In this document: positions 26,525 to 34,539 of the stretch, in pieces | Layout: the number at the start of each line of letters is the position of its first letter | How positions within the stretch are numbered: the first letter of the stretch is position 1 | From: a virus | Taxonomy: Duplodnaviria > Caudoviricetes | IMG/VR virus record: IMGVR_UViG_3300038829_000142 | Coordinates: 1-41,852 of that record | Strand: one strand, 5' to 3' | Length of the DNA: 41,852 nucleotides | Made by a program: the position numbers and the translations under genes | The notes under the pieces: model-generated | The model's input: only the letters and a program-made list of their open reading frames with translations | Database searches by the model: none | What the model was told of the DNA's origin: nothing

Positions 26525-26693
26525 TCTTCACTCTCCGGGGCATGGGCTTACATGCCCCAGGCTCCACATGATTCATCCGAACCGCATAGGTCACACACGC
26601 ATCACACAGCGGCACCACAACGTTGCCCTGCAAGGCGAAGTGGTCTGCCTGCTTCACATGATGCCGGTCCCTGGCTATCCCGTAACAGAACAT
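26433..26693 (-). CDS. Hypothetical Cys/His protein
   Basis: TGATG overlap with the upstream gene; LCDAC. Confidence 0.5.
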   Translation of the reverse strand: MFCYGIARDRHHVKQADHFALQGNVVVPLCDACVTYAVRMNHVEPGACKPMPRRVKNVKARTERDPTVRFNTHPRTRPDEGPKHSA

Positions 26694-27076
26694 CAGTCCT
26701 GCCCCTCAGGTTCCCCAGGTCCTAGCTCAGCCAATGCAGCCCTTGCTGCGATTGCTAGCTCCGCATCGCTCATACTAGAGGGGTCGTTGTCCTTGTCCTG
26801 GTCCCGCTCCTCTTTGGCCAAGCGAGTCAAAACCTCGGCATACTTTGAGAACTGCAAAGCCTCCCTAGCCTCCAGCTGCTCCCCACGGTCTACCTTCTCC
26901 TGAAGCAGCCGAAGCTCACCCTCAAGGATGTAGTAGCTCCGGGCCATGAGTACCCCAATATGGGGCCTCTTCTTGTACTCCAAGGGCCTACGTGTAGTAT
27001 CAAGTGGTTTAGTAACTACACTGGTAGTGCCAGTTAGCTCTTCCAGGACATCAGGCTGGGGCCGTTTGAGTTTCAT
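26693..27076 (-). CDS. Possible terminase small subunit
   Basis: Helical; DPSSMSDAEL C-terminal motif; between HNH and terL; ATGA overlap. Confidence 0.45.
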   Translation of the reverse strand: MKLKRPQPDVLEELTGTTSVVTKPLDTTRRPLEYKKRPHIGVLMARSYYILEGELRLLQEKVDRGEQLEAREALQFSKYAEVLTRLAKEERDQDKDNDPSSMSDAELAIAARAALAELGPGEPEGQD

Positions 27077-27576
27077 TCTGCCCCTAGGGAATACTCGATA
27101 TTCCAACAAAGCCGCTCATCTATGACACGCCTGGCTGCGGTATAGGCCCGGATGGCCTTCTGCATGGTGGGCCCCATGGAAGCCACATCACCCTCGTGCC
27201 AAGCGGGATGTTTGAGTACCTGCGCGTATTTCTTTCGCAGCAGCTCCCGGATACCATCCCGCTTATCAAAAAAGCTTCCAAAGAAAGTGCCTCCTGCCAA
27301 GGAGTTACACTCTACGCAGGCAGGCACAGTCCAGGTGGGCAGGTCCAGGTGCTTCGGAATGACGTGCTCAACCTCCGCCGAAGCCTCCCCGCAGTAGGTG
27401 CACATTCCCCACTCCCTGGCCAAGGTCACGGCCGCTCCCAACGACAGCTTGTCACGGCGTACGATATCAGCTACGATACACCTAACGCACCAAAGTTCTT
27501 GCCGGAAGGATTTGAGCTGGGAGCCCTTCAGGCCACACTCGCTACAAACCAACGCAGCCTTTCTCGTGTTAGACAT
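27073..27576 (-). CDS. HNH endonuclease with N-terminal Zn finger
   Basis: CTYCG...EHVIP...VPACVECN. Confidence 0.85.
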   Translation of the reverse strand: MSNTRKAALVCSECGLKGSQLKSFRQELWCVRCIVADIVRRDKLSLGAAVTLAREWGMCTYCGEASAEVEHVIPKHLDLPTWTVPACVECNSLAGGTFFGSFFDKRDGIRELLRKKYAQVLKHPAWHEGDVASMGPTMQKAIRAYTAARRVIDERLCWNIEYSLGAE

Positions 27577-28159
27577 CTAAATCGATCCTGGGGCATCCTA
27601 GGGCCCCTAGCGGCCATCCTGGTGAGCATCACGAACCCCCAAAACAGTATCGGGCAGGAGGACCCTTCGCTTGAACCATCGGTTGGAATCGTAATCGGCT
27701 TACCAAGTGTTCAGTAGTCCACTCCCAAGGCTGCTTATGACAATATAGATAATGTATAAGACCTAAGACAAGACCTAGTACATTATACTTACCCCAATAG
27801 CCTTTATTAGGTAACTACTACACTGATACTATACCTAAGACATAGTACATGTACATTGTACTATAGGCTTCATGCACTTAAGAGGCGGTGCAGTAGGGTA
27901 TAATACCTGGTGCCAAGAGTGGTTCTTATTATACCTTGGGTGTAGGTGCATGTGGGATAGAAGTCTGGAGATGCCCCAGGAGTAGGTTGGTATTCACTCT
28001 CTCTAGATTTTCTCCCACAAGGGGGTTACCCCCGGGGTGGGGGTCTAGTACCCCATAGGTGAGGTCTCTAGACCACTGAACAGATGTAGTGGGGTCTGTA
28101 GACACCAGCTAGATGGGGACAGTTGACCCCAGATCAAGCATGATACTGCCCCAGGTATG

Positions 28160-28179
28160 AAAAAAGCCACCTGAGTGGC
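28160..28179 (-). terminator. Intrinsic terminator
   Basis: GCCAC-TCAG-GTGGC-TTTTTT on the - strand after 28202-28672. Confidence 0.7.
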
Positions 28180-28191
28180 ATGGATTTTGCA
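28176..28191 (+). promoter_or_regulatory. Sigma54 -24/-12-like element
   Basis: TGGCATGGATTTTGCA (GG-N10-GC). Confidence 0.5.
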
Positions 28192-28201
28192 TTGCAATTC
28201 T

Positions 28202-28672
28202 TCACTTGATAACCTTTGCTGATTTCAGCATCCTATCCCTTTCCGCAGTGATACTGTAGTTCACTGTAGTATGAGGTAGGTCAAGCTTTTTAGCTATCTG
28301 TCGAAGGCTTTTACCTTCGGCATGTAGCTGCCACATTTTACGTCTGGCTCTGCTTACATTTCGTGTCCATTGTTCAGCGAGCCTGTAATATTCTTCTGTA
28401 GCTGGATCGTAGTGCCTAAGCCTAGTGCTTGAGTTCCCTTGCACGAAACCATCAGGGATACAAGAGTCCTGCCCATAGTCCTCAATGTCAATGAAGCCTT
28501 TGGCCTTGAGCTTGGCATTCCATCGCCTCAGTTGCTTTAGGAAGGCTGGGGAGTAAGTACCACGGCCTGTGTGCTCTCTCCCTTTGGCACCGAATGGCGC
28601 TTTGCCAATGGGTGCATAGTTAGGAGAAGCCTTTGTTACAGTGACCATATATGACCATACATGTATCGTCAC
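28202..28672 (-). CDS. HTH (sigma region 4-like) transcription regulator; start may be ATG 28648
   Basis: MWQLHAEGKSLRQIAKKLDLPHTTVNYSI. Confidence 0.75.
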   Translation of the reverse strand: MTIHVWSYMVTVTKASPNYAPIGKAPFGAKGREHTGRGTYSPAFLKQLRRWNAKLKAKGFIDIEDYGQDSCIPDGFVQGNSSTRLRHYDPATEEYYRLAEQWTRNVSRARRKMWQLHAEGKSLRQIAKKLDLPHTTVNYSITAERDRMLKSAKVIK

Positions 28673-28695
28673 ATAGGGTCATTGGCTTGAGCTGC

Positions 28696-28732
28696 TGTGA
28701 CAGCCTGGCACACATAACTGACAGGAATGTCA
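28696..28732. promoter_or_regulatory. Palindromic candidate activator (bEBP) sites
   Basis: TGTGACA-GCC-TGGCACA and TGACA-GGAA-TGTCA upstream of a sigma54 element. Confidence 0.45.
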
Positions 28733-28786
28733 TAGTGCCATTTGAAATAGTGTGTAGTTACAGAGTTGAGTAGTTCTATAAAGGGC

Positions 28787-28802
28787 TGGCATAAGGGGTG
28801 CA
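28787..28802 (+). promoter_or_regulatory. Sigma54 -24/-12-like element
   Basis: TGGCATAAGGGGTGCA just upstream of gene 28815. Confidence 0.5.
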
Positions 28803-28814
28803 TTAGAGGGAGAC

Positions 28815-29060
28815 ATGACAAGCACACAAAAACCAAGAGTTTACGTCTACATGGTCGATGTCAACGGTCATACCTATAGGTATAGGACCTTCGCGGAGGC
28901 GCAGGAGGCAGCCAACTCGTGCGGTGCGCGTGTGTTTTCTTTCCGCATACCGGCGGCAGAAGCTAGCGCCGCGGAATCCTTGGGGTCCCCATTATCCGGG
29001 AGCCGGGATAATGAACAGGATCAAGCACCGGAGTTCGAGTGCTGCCCCGAGTGCGGCTAG
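28815..29060 (+). CDS. Early hypothetical protein
   Basis: GAGGGAG upstream; C-terminal CCPECG. Confidence 0.65.
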   Translation: MTSTQKPRVYVYMVDVNGHTYRYRTFAEAQEAANSCGARVFSFRIPAAEASAAESLGSPLSGSRDNEQDQAPEFECCPECG

Positions 29061-29068
29061 GGGCAGAT

Positions 29069-29085
29069 TGCGCCATGTTGTCACA
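29069..29085. promoter_or_regulatory. Candidate activator site
   Basis: TGCGCCA-TGT-TGTCACA, 14/17 match to the reverse complement of 28696-28712. Confidence 0.45.
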
Positions 29086-29148
29086 CCACTGGGTGTGCAA
29101 ACCCCCAAGAAAAGCTATAGAACTAGGTAAATACCTAATAGTATAGCT

Positions 29149-29164
29149 TGGCACTAGGGTTGCT
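29149..29164 (+). promoter_or_regulatory. Sigma54 promoter
   Basis: TGGCACTAGGGTTGCT, near consensus; predicted TSS ~29175, upstream of the RBS and ATG 29193. Confidence 0.7.
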
Positions 29165-29192
29165 ATAGTAAGACAATGAAAGGCGGTAGCAA

Positions 29193-29411
29193 ATGACAAA
29201 GACAATCACGGTTTGGGAGGTTAGTTACCATGTCTCGGATGACTCCCCCTCGGCTCACGGTGGCGCGGGAGGAGATGGTGGTTTCACCGCACGCTTCAGG
29301 GATGAAGCTAAGGCAAAAGCTTTTGCCCTAACTGTGGAATACTATGGAAACCCTGCAAAAGCATTGCCTTACGAGGCTTCCCGTGCATTGGCACGTAGGT
29401 GGGGCGTATGA
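29193..29411 (+). CDS. Early hypothetical protein
   Basis: First gene after the promoter; ATGA coupling. Confidence 0.75.
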   Translation: MTKTITVWEVSYHVSDDSPSAHGGAGGDGGFTARFRDEAKAKAFALTVEYYGNPAKALPYEASRALARRWGV

Positions 29412-29770
29412 GTTGCTTTATGTGTTCTGATGAGACCCTGCTAGCACTGGCACTAGATGCCTCCAGGCTTCACGGGGCACGCCACGACTTTGAACTAATA
29501 CAAGCGCATGTGCTTACACTCTACGCGGCTAACCTACAGGCTGTGAACGAGCGTTACAGCAAGAATCCCACCGAGAGCAATCCGCCCCAGGTCACCTGGA
29601 ACCTACCCAACCTAACCCCCGTGGCACGACTCAAGGCTGCTGATTGCTTTGAGTACCAAGCCAGCGATTGGTCTGGGTACGAGGGTTCAGAGGCTCAAAA
29701 GCTAGTCCGGCTGGCACGCAAGCATGCTGCGGTGTGTCTCCCTGGCTATGATGAGGCACCTTGGCGATGA
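29408..29770 (+). CDS. Early hypothetical protein
   Basis: ATGA coupling; N..AVNERY and CFEYQAS motifs. Confidence 0.75.
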   Translation: MSCFMCSDETLLALALDASRLHGARHDFELIQAHVLTLYAANLQAVNERYSKNPTESNPPQVTWNLPNLTPVARLKAADCFEYQASDWSGYEGSEAQKLVRLARKHAAVCLPGYDEAPWR

Positions 29771-30015
29771 CTGAATCAGGGGAATACATGCTCGATGTGG
29801 GAAACTGTGAAGCCATATGGGTCGAATGTGCCCGGTGTGGTAAGAATAGGGATTCTGCCGACCTCCCCACGTCCTGGCTTCTAATCGATAACTGTTATTA
29901 CATCGAGGTCAAGGACCTACAGTACGCCCTGTGTACATCCTGTGCTAAGGCGTTTCATGCGTGGGTGAAGGACACCCGCATCACCTTATCACCACGGGCA
30001 CGGAGGCGGAAGTGA
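29767..30015 (+). CDS. Small Zn-finger protein
   Basis: CARC...PxxW...LCTSC. Confidence 0.7.
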   Translation: MTESGEYMLDVGNCEAIWVECARCGKNRDSADLPTSWLLIDNCYYIEVKDLQYALCTSCAKAFHAWVKDTRITLSPRARRRK

Positions 30016-30266
30016 TACGCTACTTATTGGAACTCACCTTGAACGGTAAAACCGTGCACCGCAGAGCATGCACGGACCGCTTCGACCTAAACCACGTTGC
30101 CTACAATCTAGGCCGTAACACAGGGCTAGGGCTATCCTGCACTCTCTATGACTTTGACAGGCCTGGTAACGTAGCATCCGCACACGATACACAGATGGCC
30201 CTTGAAGCCTATGTGAGCGGACAACAGGATGCCCACCTAAGCGAAACCCGAGAGGTGGAACCATGA
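30012..30266 (+). CDS. Early hypothetical protein
   Basis: GTGA coupling; GGAGG RBS. Confidence 0.7.
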   Translation: MIRYLLELTLNGKTVHRRACTDRFDLNHVAYNLGRNTGLGLSCTLYDFDRPGNVASAHDTQMALEAYVSGQQDAHLSETREVEP

Positions 30267-30442
30267 TCCCATATAACTCACTGCCCGTTAAGCTCCCCGC
30301 TAGGCTTGAGCCCTTCGGGGGTATCGGGTGGACGATGTTTGGCTTTGCGGATGTAGGCTCCCGCGATGCGTGGATGATAGCAAACCCACAAGCTCGAATG
30401 CCTTGCTGGAAGCGCATTGAAGCAAAAAGGCTCCTACCGTGA
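30263..30442 (+). CDS. Hypothetical 59-aa protein (not in ORF track)
   Basis: MIPYNSLPVKLPARL...RLLP; GAGG RBS; coupled at both ends. Confidence 0.65.
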   Translation: MIPYNSLPVKLPARLEPFGGIGWTMFGFADVGSRDAWMIANPQARMPCWKRIEAKRLLP

Positions 30443-30690
30443 CCGCTGATAGCCCCCGAGTAGCCGACTACGAGGTCTGGGGTGGATACGTAGCCACCCT
30501 AGGTGGGACGGTTGGAAAGGTCAGGCGCCAGTTCCTGAATGAGAACGGGGAACGCTGCGTGTTGATTGTGTGGGGGCCACTCAACTGGATTACTGCGGTG
30601 CGGGCGTCCGAGTGCACGCCGCTCATTGCCACCGAGGCATATTACGCGCGAGCCGAGGCCACCGCATGGCTGGCGTCTATGGGAAGGTAA
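30439..30690 (+). CDS. Early hypothetical protein
   Basis: GTGA coupling. Confidence 0.65.
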   Translation: MTADSPRVADYEVWGGYVATLGGTVGKVRRQFLNENGERCVLIVWGPLNWITAVRASECTPLIATEAYYARAEATAWLASMGR

Positions 30691-30695
30691 ACCTA

Positions 30696-30875
30696 ATGAC
30701 CGATGATACCTACCTATCCGATGAATACGATGATTCCGAGCCGCAAGGCTCGCCCCTATTCCGCAGGTGTGCTACCTGCCAGATAGCCTACCCTCAGCAG
30801 TATCTTTATGTTGATACCGATGGGCGTGCCATTTGCATGGATTGTGATACACAGGAGCGAAAGGAAACCCCATGA
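30696..30875 (+). CDS. Small acidic Zn-finger protein
   Basis: CATC...ICMDC; AAGG RBS. Confidence 0.65.
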   Translation: MTDDTYLSDEYDDSEPQGSPLFRRCATCQIAYPQQYLYVDTDGRAICMDCDTQERKETP

Positions 30876-31054
30876 GCGATTCAGAGGCAATAGAAAAGGT
30901 CCTAGAGGAAACCCGGCCATCCGCTCTAAGTGACCTATTTGCTGCGATGTCTTCTATCAAAATGGCACACCGCTACGCTACCACGGACGTTGATTATACC
31001 AAGTCGCAACTCGAAATTGCGTATCGCCTGCTAGGTGGGAGGGACTCCCTATGA
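30872..31054 (+). CDS. Hypothetical protein
   Basis: AAGGA RBS; ATGA coupling. Confidence 0.65.
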   Translation: MSDSEAIEKVLEETRPSALSDLFAAMSSIKMAHRYATTDVDYTKSQLEIAYRLLGGRDSL

Positions 31055-31296
31055 GTGACTACGACCTTTGGAAACTGGCATCACCTGAGGAGCTGCCCAC
31101 GTGCCCTGTGTGCGATGGCATAAACGACCCCGAGAATAATGAACCCTGTGCATGCTGGTGTAGGTGTGGGGAGGAGAAAGCCTTCTTCGAGGACACACTT
31201 TGCCCCGGATGCGCTATAGACCAAGCCGAGCAAATCTGCGAGCTCTATTATGAACCCCCACACCTTGAGTCTATAATCCCAGGCGGTGTCAAATGA
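31051..31296 (+). CDS. Cys-rich small protein
   Basis: CPVC, CACWCRC and LCPGC. Confidence 0.65.
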   Translation: MSDYDLWKLASPEELPTCPVCDGINDPENNEPCACWCRCGEEKAFFEDTLCPGCAIDQAEQICELYYEPPHLESIIPGGVK

Positions 31297-31496
31297 TTCG
31301 AATCGTATTGCTGTACGTAGCCTGCTCTTATCTCCTCGCATGGATGGGGTATGGTTGTGCTGCCCCGCAACCTACACCCCTTGTTTATCCGGAGCCAGGG
31401 CCTAATCAGACCTTAGAGCTACACCCGGAGCTTGAAGAATGTCAGACCCAACGATGCGCGTATGGCGATGAACCCGCACCGGGAGACGTCCGATGA
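31293..31496 (+). CDS. Small secreted/lipoprotein-like protein
   Basis: Hydrophobic N-terminus ending GYGC. Confidence 0.55.
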   Translation: MIRIVLLYVACSYLLAWMGYGCAAPQPTPLVYPEPGPNQTLELHPELEECQTQRCAYGDEPAPGDVR

Positions 31497-31624
31497 TTTG
31501 GTTTATCTATATCCTAATGCTGTTGATAGCGGGCTTTACCTTGGGACCTGTAGGGGTGGGAGTCTTGCTCCTGATACCCCTTGGAATCTACCTGCTCTCC
31601 CTACTTGACACGTCCCTACCCTAG
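31493..31624 (+). CDS. 43-aa hydrophobic membrane protein (not in ORF track)
   Basis: MIWFIYILMLLIAGFTLGPVGVGVLLLIPLGIYLLSLLDTSLP; GGAG RBS; ATGA coupling. Confidence 0.65.
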   Translation: MIWFIYILMLLIAGFTLGPVGVGVLLLIPLGIYLLSLLDTSLP

Positions 31625-31633
31625 AATCAGACT
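31605..31633 (+). promoter_or_regulatory. Possible sigma70 promoter
   Basis: TTGACA-N17-CAGACT before the RBS and ATG 31651. Confidence 0.4.
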
Positions 31634-31650
31634 TAGATAACAGAGGAAAC

Positions 31651-31953
31651 ATGCGCAAACCGAACGTATATGATATCAAGCGAGTACAGCCCGAGGATAG
31701 CTACTACTTCGAACGTAAGACCCTAAAGGCATTTGGGCAGACCATGGCGTCTTTTACCATCCGGTGGGATAAGGTGCACCAGGCATGGGCTACATACGCA
31801 CCTATTTTTGACCGGGAGGGTCAACGTGTGGGAGAGTCAGTTGCCTATTGGCACGCTCAGACTTTGCAACGCGTTTACCCCGCGGCAGCCGCTCCGGCTT
31901 CTGATCGGGTACCGGCTCGGCAGGAGATTGTTCGGGCGAATGGTTGGCGCTAG
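31651..31953 (+). CDS. Hypothetical phage protein
   Basis: GAGGA RBS; YYFERKTLKAFG motif. Confidence 0.75.
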   Translation: MRKPNVYDIKRVQPEDSYYFERKTLKAFGQTMASFTIRWDKVHQAWATYAPIFDREGQRVGESVAYWHAQTLQRVYPAAAAPASDRVPARQEIVRANGWR

Positions 31954-33738
31954 TCATGCCTGCACCCTCGCAAGGATAGTTTGCATCCGATGTTTGTAAG
32001 TGTGCTGGTCTCGTACTTGCCGGTTACCCTCTGCGATAAGTTTCTGCCTCCACGCCTCATCAGCCAGCACACGCAGGCCCACCTGCTCTAGGGCACCACG
32101 TGTCCGGTATTGCTCCACCCCAAGAGACTCTAGGCCCGGGTTGTTCTGTTGAATGCTGCAGCCACCCGAGGCAAAGGTCTCTAGCACACGCGGGTGCAAT
32201 AGGAGGTTGTTCGCAGGGGTCAGCACCGCACTGTGCTTGCGGTATACCTGGGGCAGGTCCTTGGGACCCACGGGACCGAGGCATAGCTTCTCGTATTTCG
32301 AGCCCTGCCATCCGTTGCCATAGAGAGCAATCGGAACACCGATACCCGTGAGAATATCAATGTGGTCGAAAATGTTCTGCTGTCTTAGCCAATGCCAAAC
32401 ATGATACTCAATACCCGCACGTTCTGTGCGCTTGGTACGAAGGTTCAGGTCAGCAATGATAAGGGTTGTGAGCTTCTGAGGCTCCAAGAGTAAGAGTCCA
32501 TGGGGCCGCTGCACGTTAGCATGCATCCATGCAACAGCCTGGGGGGCTAGGGTCTGCTCCTGCAGGTTAGCTGTAATAGCTATCTGCCCATTGCCCGGAC
32601 CCGGCTCAAAATCGAAGCGGTCTGGGTTCACCCCCATGGGCAGCAAATCTACTCTGGGGTATCCGTACCCCATGTAGCGTTTACAGGCTTCGCTGCTGTA
32701 AGCAAAGATGTAGTCGTGTTCTGTGACTTGGTCCACGTACTTGCGGTCACGAAGGGGAGGGAGGTCGTCCTGAATCCAGGTGGCCACCGGAAGTCGAGAG
32801 GGAAAGGCTCGGGTCTCGTATCGAAGATGATCAATGAACACCACCAAATCTGGTAACTGGTTTTTGACAGCTTCTGCAATATGATGTCCCAGGATTAGCT
32901 GGGACTCATTCTGCTCTTCTAACACCTGTGGCAGGTGCCCTAGCTCTTGAAAGGCTCTCCTGCAATCTGCGTAGACGTGTTTTATCACGTTCGAGTGATA
33001 GCTTGAGGGCATGAGCACGGACAGTTGGGTACTCGTGCGGGGCTCTGCGTAGCGTGCTGTAGCATCCTCCACATGGCCTGCTGTGCTGCCCGGCTCTACC
33101 GAGACAGCCTTCTCAATGGCACCCCTCAGCTCCTCGGGGAAGCCGGGGGAGAAGGTACATGGTGCGACCCCCAGAGGGTGACGCGCCCTCCAGCCGTGCC
33201 AGTCGTTGCCGGTGACTAGGTACACATTCTGGGGCAGGTCCTGATGCTTGGTGTCCGTGAACCACAGTACACAGGCTCGGGAGTAGGGCAGGCTGCCCTC
33301 GACTGTGGCTAGACGTAACACGTCCTCCTTGAACTCATCGCCATAGAATGCGGTGCTCGGAATCCCTACATGGGGTAGGGCCTCGTAGCGCAGACCACCC
33401 CATAGCCAGGAGGCACTTCGCAATCTGGCATAGAGCGCATAGTCATCGGCACTGGGCTCGAGCACATGCAGGCATGCCTTGCCGTGTGCTTCGTGTTCCT
33501 TGAGTACAGGTTCTAGGGCTTCCCATGCTGCTGTGCGGTTGCCTTGGGCATAGTTCTCAAGGGAGAAAAAGACCTTTATGTTAGGGAAGGTCTTCTTTAG
33601 CTCTTGTTCTGAGAGGGTCACACAGGAGGCGACTAGGACCACATCCTGGGGCATGACTCCGGAGAGGCAGCAGGATTCTAATAGGTCAAGGTTCATGGTC
33701 ATCCCTGTAGATGGGTAGTCTCGTGGGTGGTGGGTCAT
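31954..33738 (-). CDS. CgeB-like (Glyco_trans_1_2, GT-B) glycosyltransferase with N-terminal extension
   Basis: PDLV, WIQD, LPMGVNPDRF, LYGNGW, RVLETFASGG and HTYKHRM motifs. Confidence 0.88.
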   Translation of the reverse strand: MTHHPRDYPSTGMTMNLDLLESCCLSGVMPQDVVLVASCVTLSEQELKKTFPNIKVFFSLENYAQGNRTAAWEALEPVLKEHEAHGKACLHVLEPSADDYALYARLRSASWLWGGLRYEALPHVGIPSTAFYGDEFKEDVLRLATVEGSLPYSRACVLWFTDTKHQDLPQNVYLVTGNDWHGWRARHPLGVAPCTFSPGFPEELRGAIEKAVSVEPGSTAGHVEDATARYAEPRTSTQLSVLMPSSYHSNVIKHVYADCRRAFQELGHLPQVLEEQNESQLILGHHIAEAVKNQLPDLVVFIDHLRYETRAFPSRLPVATWIQDDLPPLRDRKYVDQVTEHDYIFAYSSEACKRYMGYGYPRVDLLPMGVNPDRFDFEPGPGNGQIAITANLQEQTLAPQAVAWMHANVQRPHGLLLLEPQKLTTLIIADLNLRTKRTERAGIEYHVWHWLRQQNIFDHIDILTGIGVPIALYGNGWQGSKYEKLCLGPVGPKDLPQVYRKHSAVLTPANNLLLHPRVLETFASGGCSIQQNNPGLESLGVEQYRTRGALEQVGLRVLADEAWRQKLIAEGNRQVRDQHTYKHRMQTILARVQA

Positions 33739-33932
33739 GTAACCGTCCCATGGATGACCTTCCAGTCATCGGGGTTGACGCTTAGTGACTGCCCGTCTGC
33801 GATGCTGTGTTCCTGGCATGTGATCAAAATCATTCCTCCGGTGATTTCGTGAACCACCGTTCCCGGCTTGTCGCACATAACGCGGGGCTGTATTTCGGTT
33901 GCGCACTCAAGGTCTATTGGGCCGCGGGTCAC
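33735..33932 (-). CDS. Small Cys/His protein
   Basis: Coupled at both ends; C...CDKP...CQEH. Confidence 0.6.
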   Translation of the reverse strand: MTRGPIDLECATEIQPRVMCDKPGTVVHEITGGMILITCQEHSIADGQSLSVNPDDWKVIHGTVT

Positions 33933-34363
33933 GGTGTCGCCTCAACATACTTCGCCGCGGCGAGCAGCGTCTCGTGCCTAAGCCTGCACGAGTCGCAGCA
34001 CCACTTGCCACCTTCTGGTGGCACACCAGCAGACTCCCTCAACAGGGCTGTCAAGTAAGAGCCCGGCTTGTCGCACCGCTCCACCTCATCCAACAACCTC
34101 GGCAACCACTCGCGGGCGGCGGCGGCAAACTTGGCGTTACTGGCCTCCCATTCGGTGTGTCCAGTCCACAGGAATCCGACTGTTCCGCGATAGTGAGGAC
34201 TTGTGTAATCAACGCTCCTGTTTGTGCCGGCCATCAGCGGCCCGGCTATGTGCCAGTCTCCTGGATCGTCATCGTGGTCACGCACCTCGTGTGCTGTCCA
34301 CGGTCCAGGCGTTGCCGCAGCACACAACTTGTGCAAGCGCGCGATGTCTTCTTTGGTGATCAT
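33929..34363 (-). CDS. Ead/Ea22-like protein
   Basis: AATPGPW...NAKFAAAAR..LPRLLDEVER. Confidence 0.75.
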   Translation of the reverse strand: MITKEDIARLHKLCAAATPGPWTAHEVRDHDDDPGDWHIAGPLMAGTNRSVDYTSPHYRGTVGFLWTGHTEWEASNAKFAAAAREWLPRLLDEVERCDKPGSYLTALLRESAGVPPEGGKWCCDSCRLRHETLLAAAKYVEATP

Positions 34364-34539
34364 TCTCCCACATCCCAGCTAGTGACCATGCCCCGAGTTC
34401 CTAAGACCGCGATATGACAATCTGTTAGCACTCGCAACTCGATAGCTGTAAGCTCCGGGAGTTTTTGAAGCTCCTGCAGTCGTGTGCCAACCTGGTCTGC
34501 TAAAAAGACAAACTCCCGGATTACTTGCAGTCGTTCCAC
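34360..34539 (-). CDS. Hypothetical 59-aa protein (not in ORF track)
   Basis: MERLQVIREFVFLAD...WDVGE; overlaps the polA end; ATGA coupling downstream. Confidence 0.55.
   Translation of the reverse strand: MERLQVIREFVFLADQVGTRLQELQKLPELTAIELRVLTDCHIAVLGTRGMVTSWDVGE

Noticed and set aside
34471-34490. Additional sigma54 site on the - strand (TTGGCACACGACTGC)
   Set aside because: GG-to-GC spacing is 9, not 10, and it lies within an ORF
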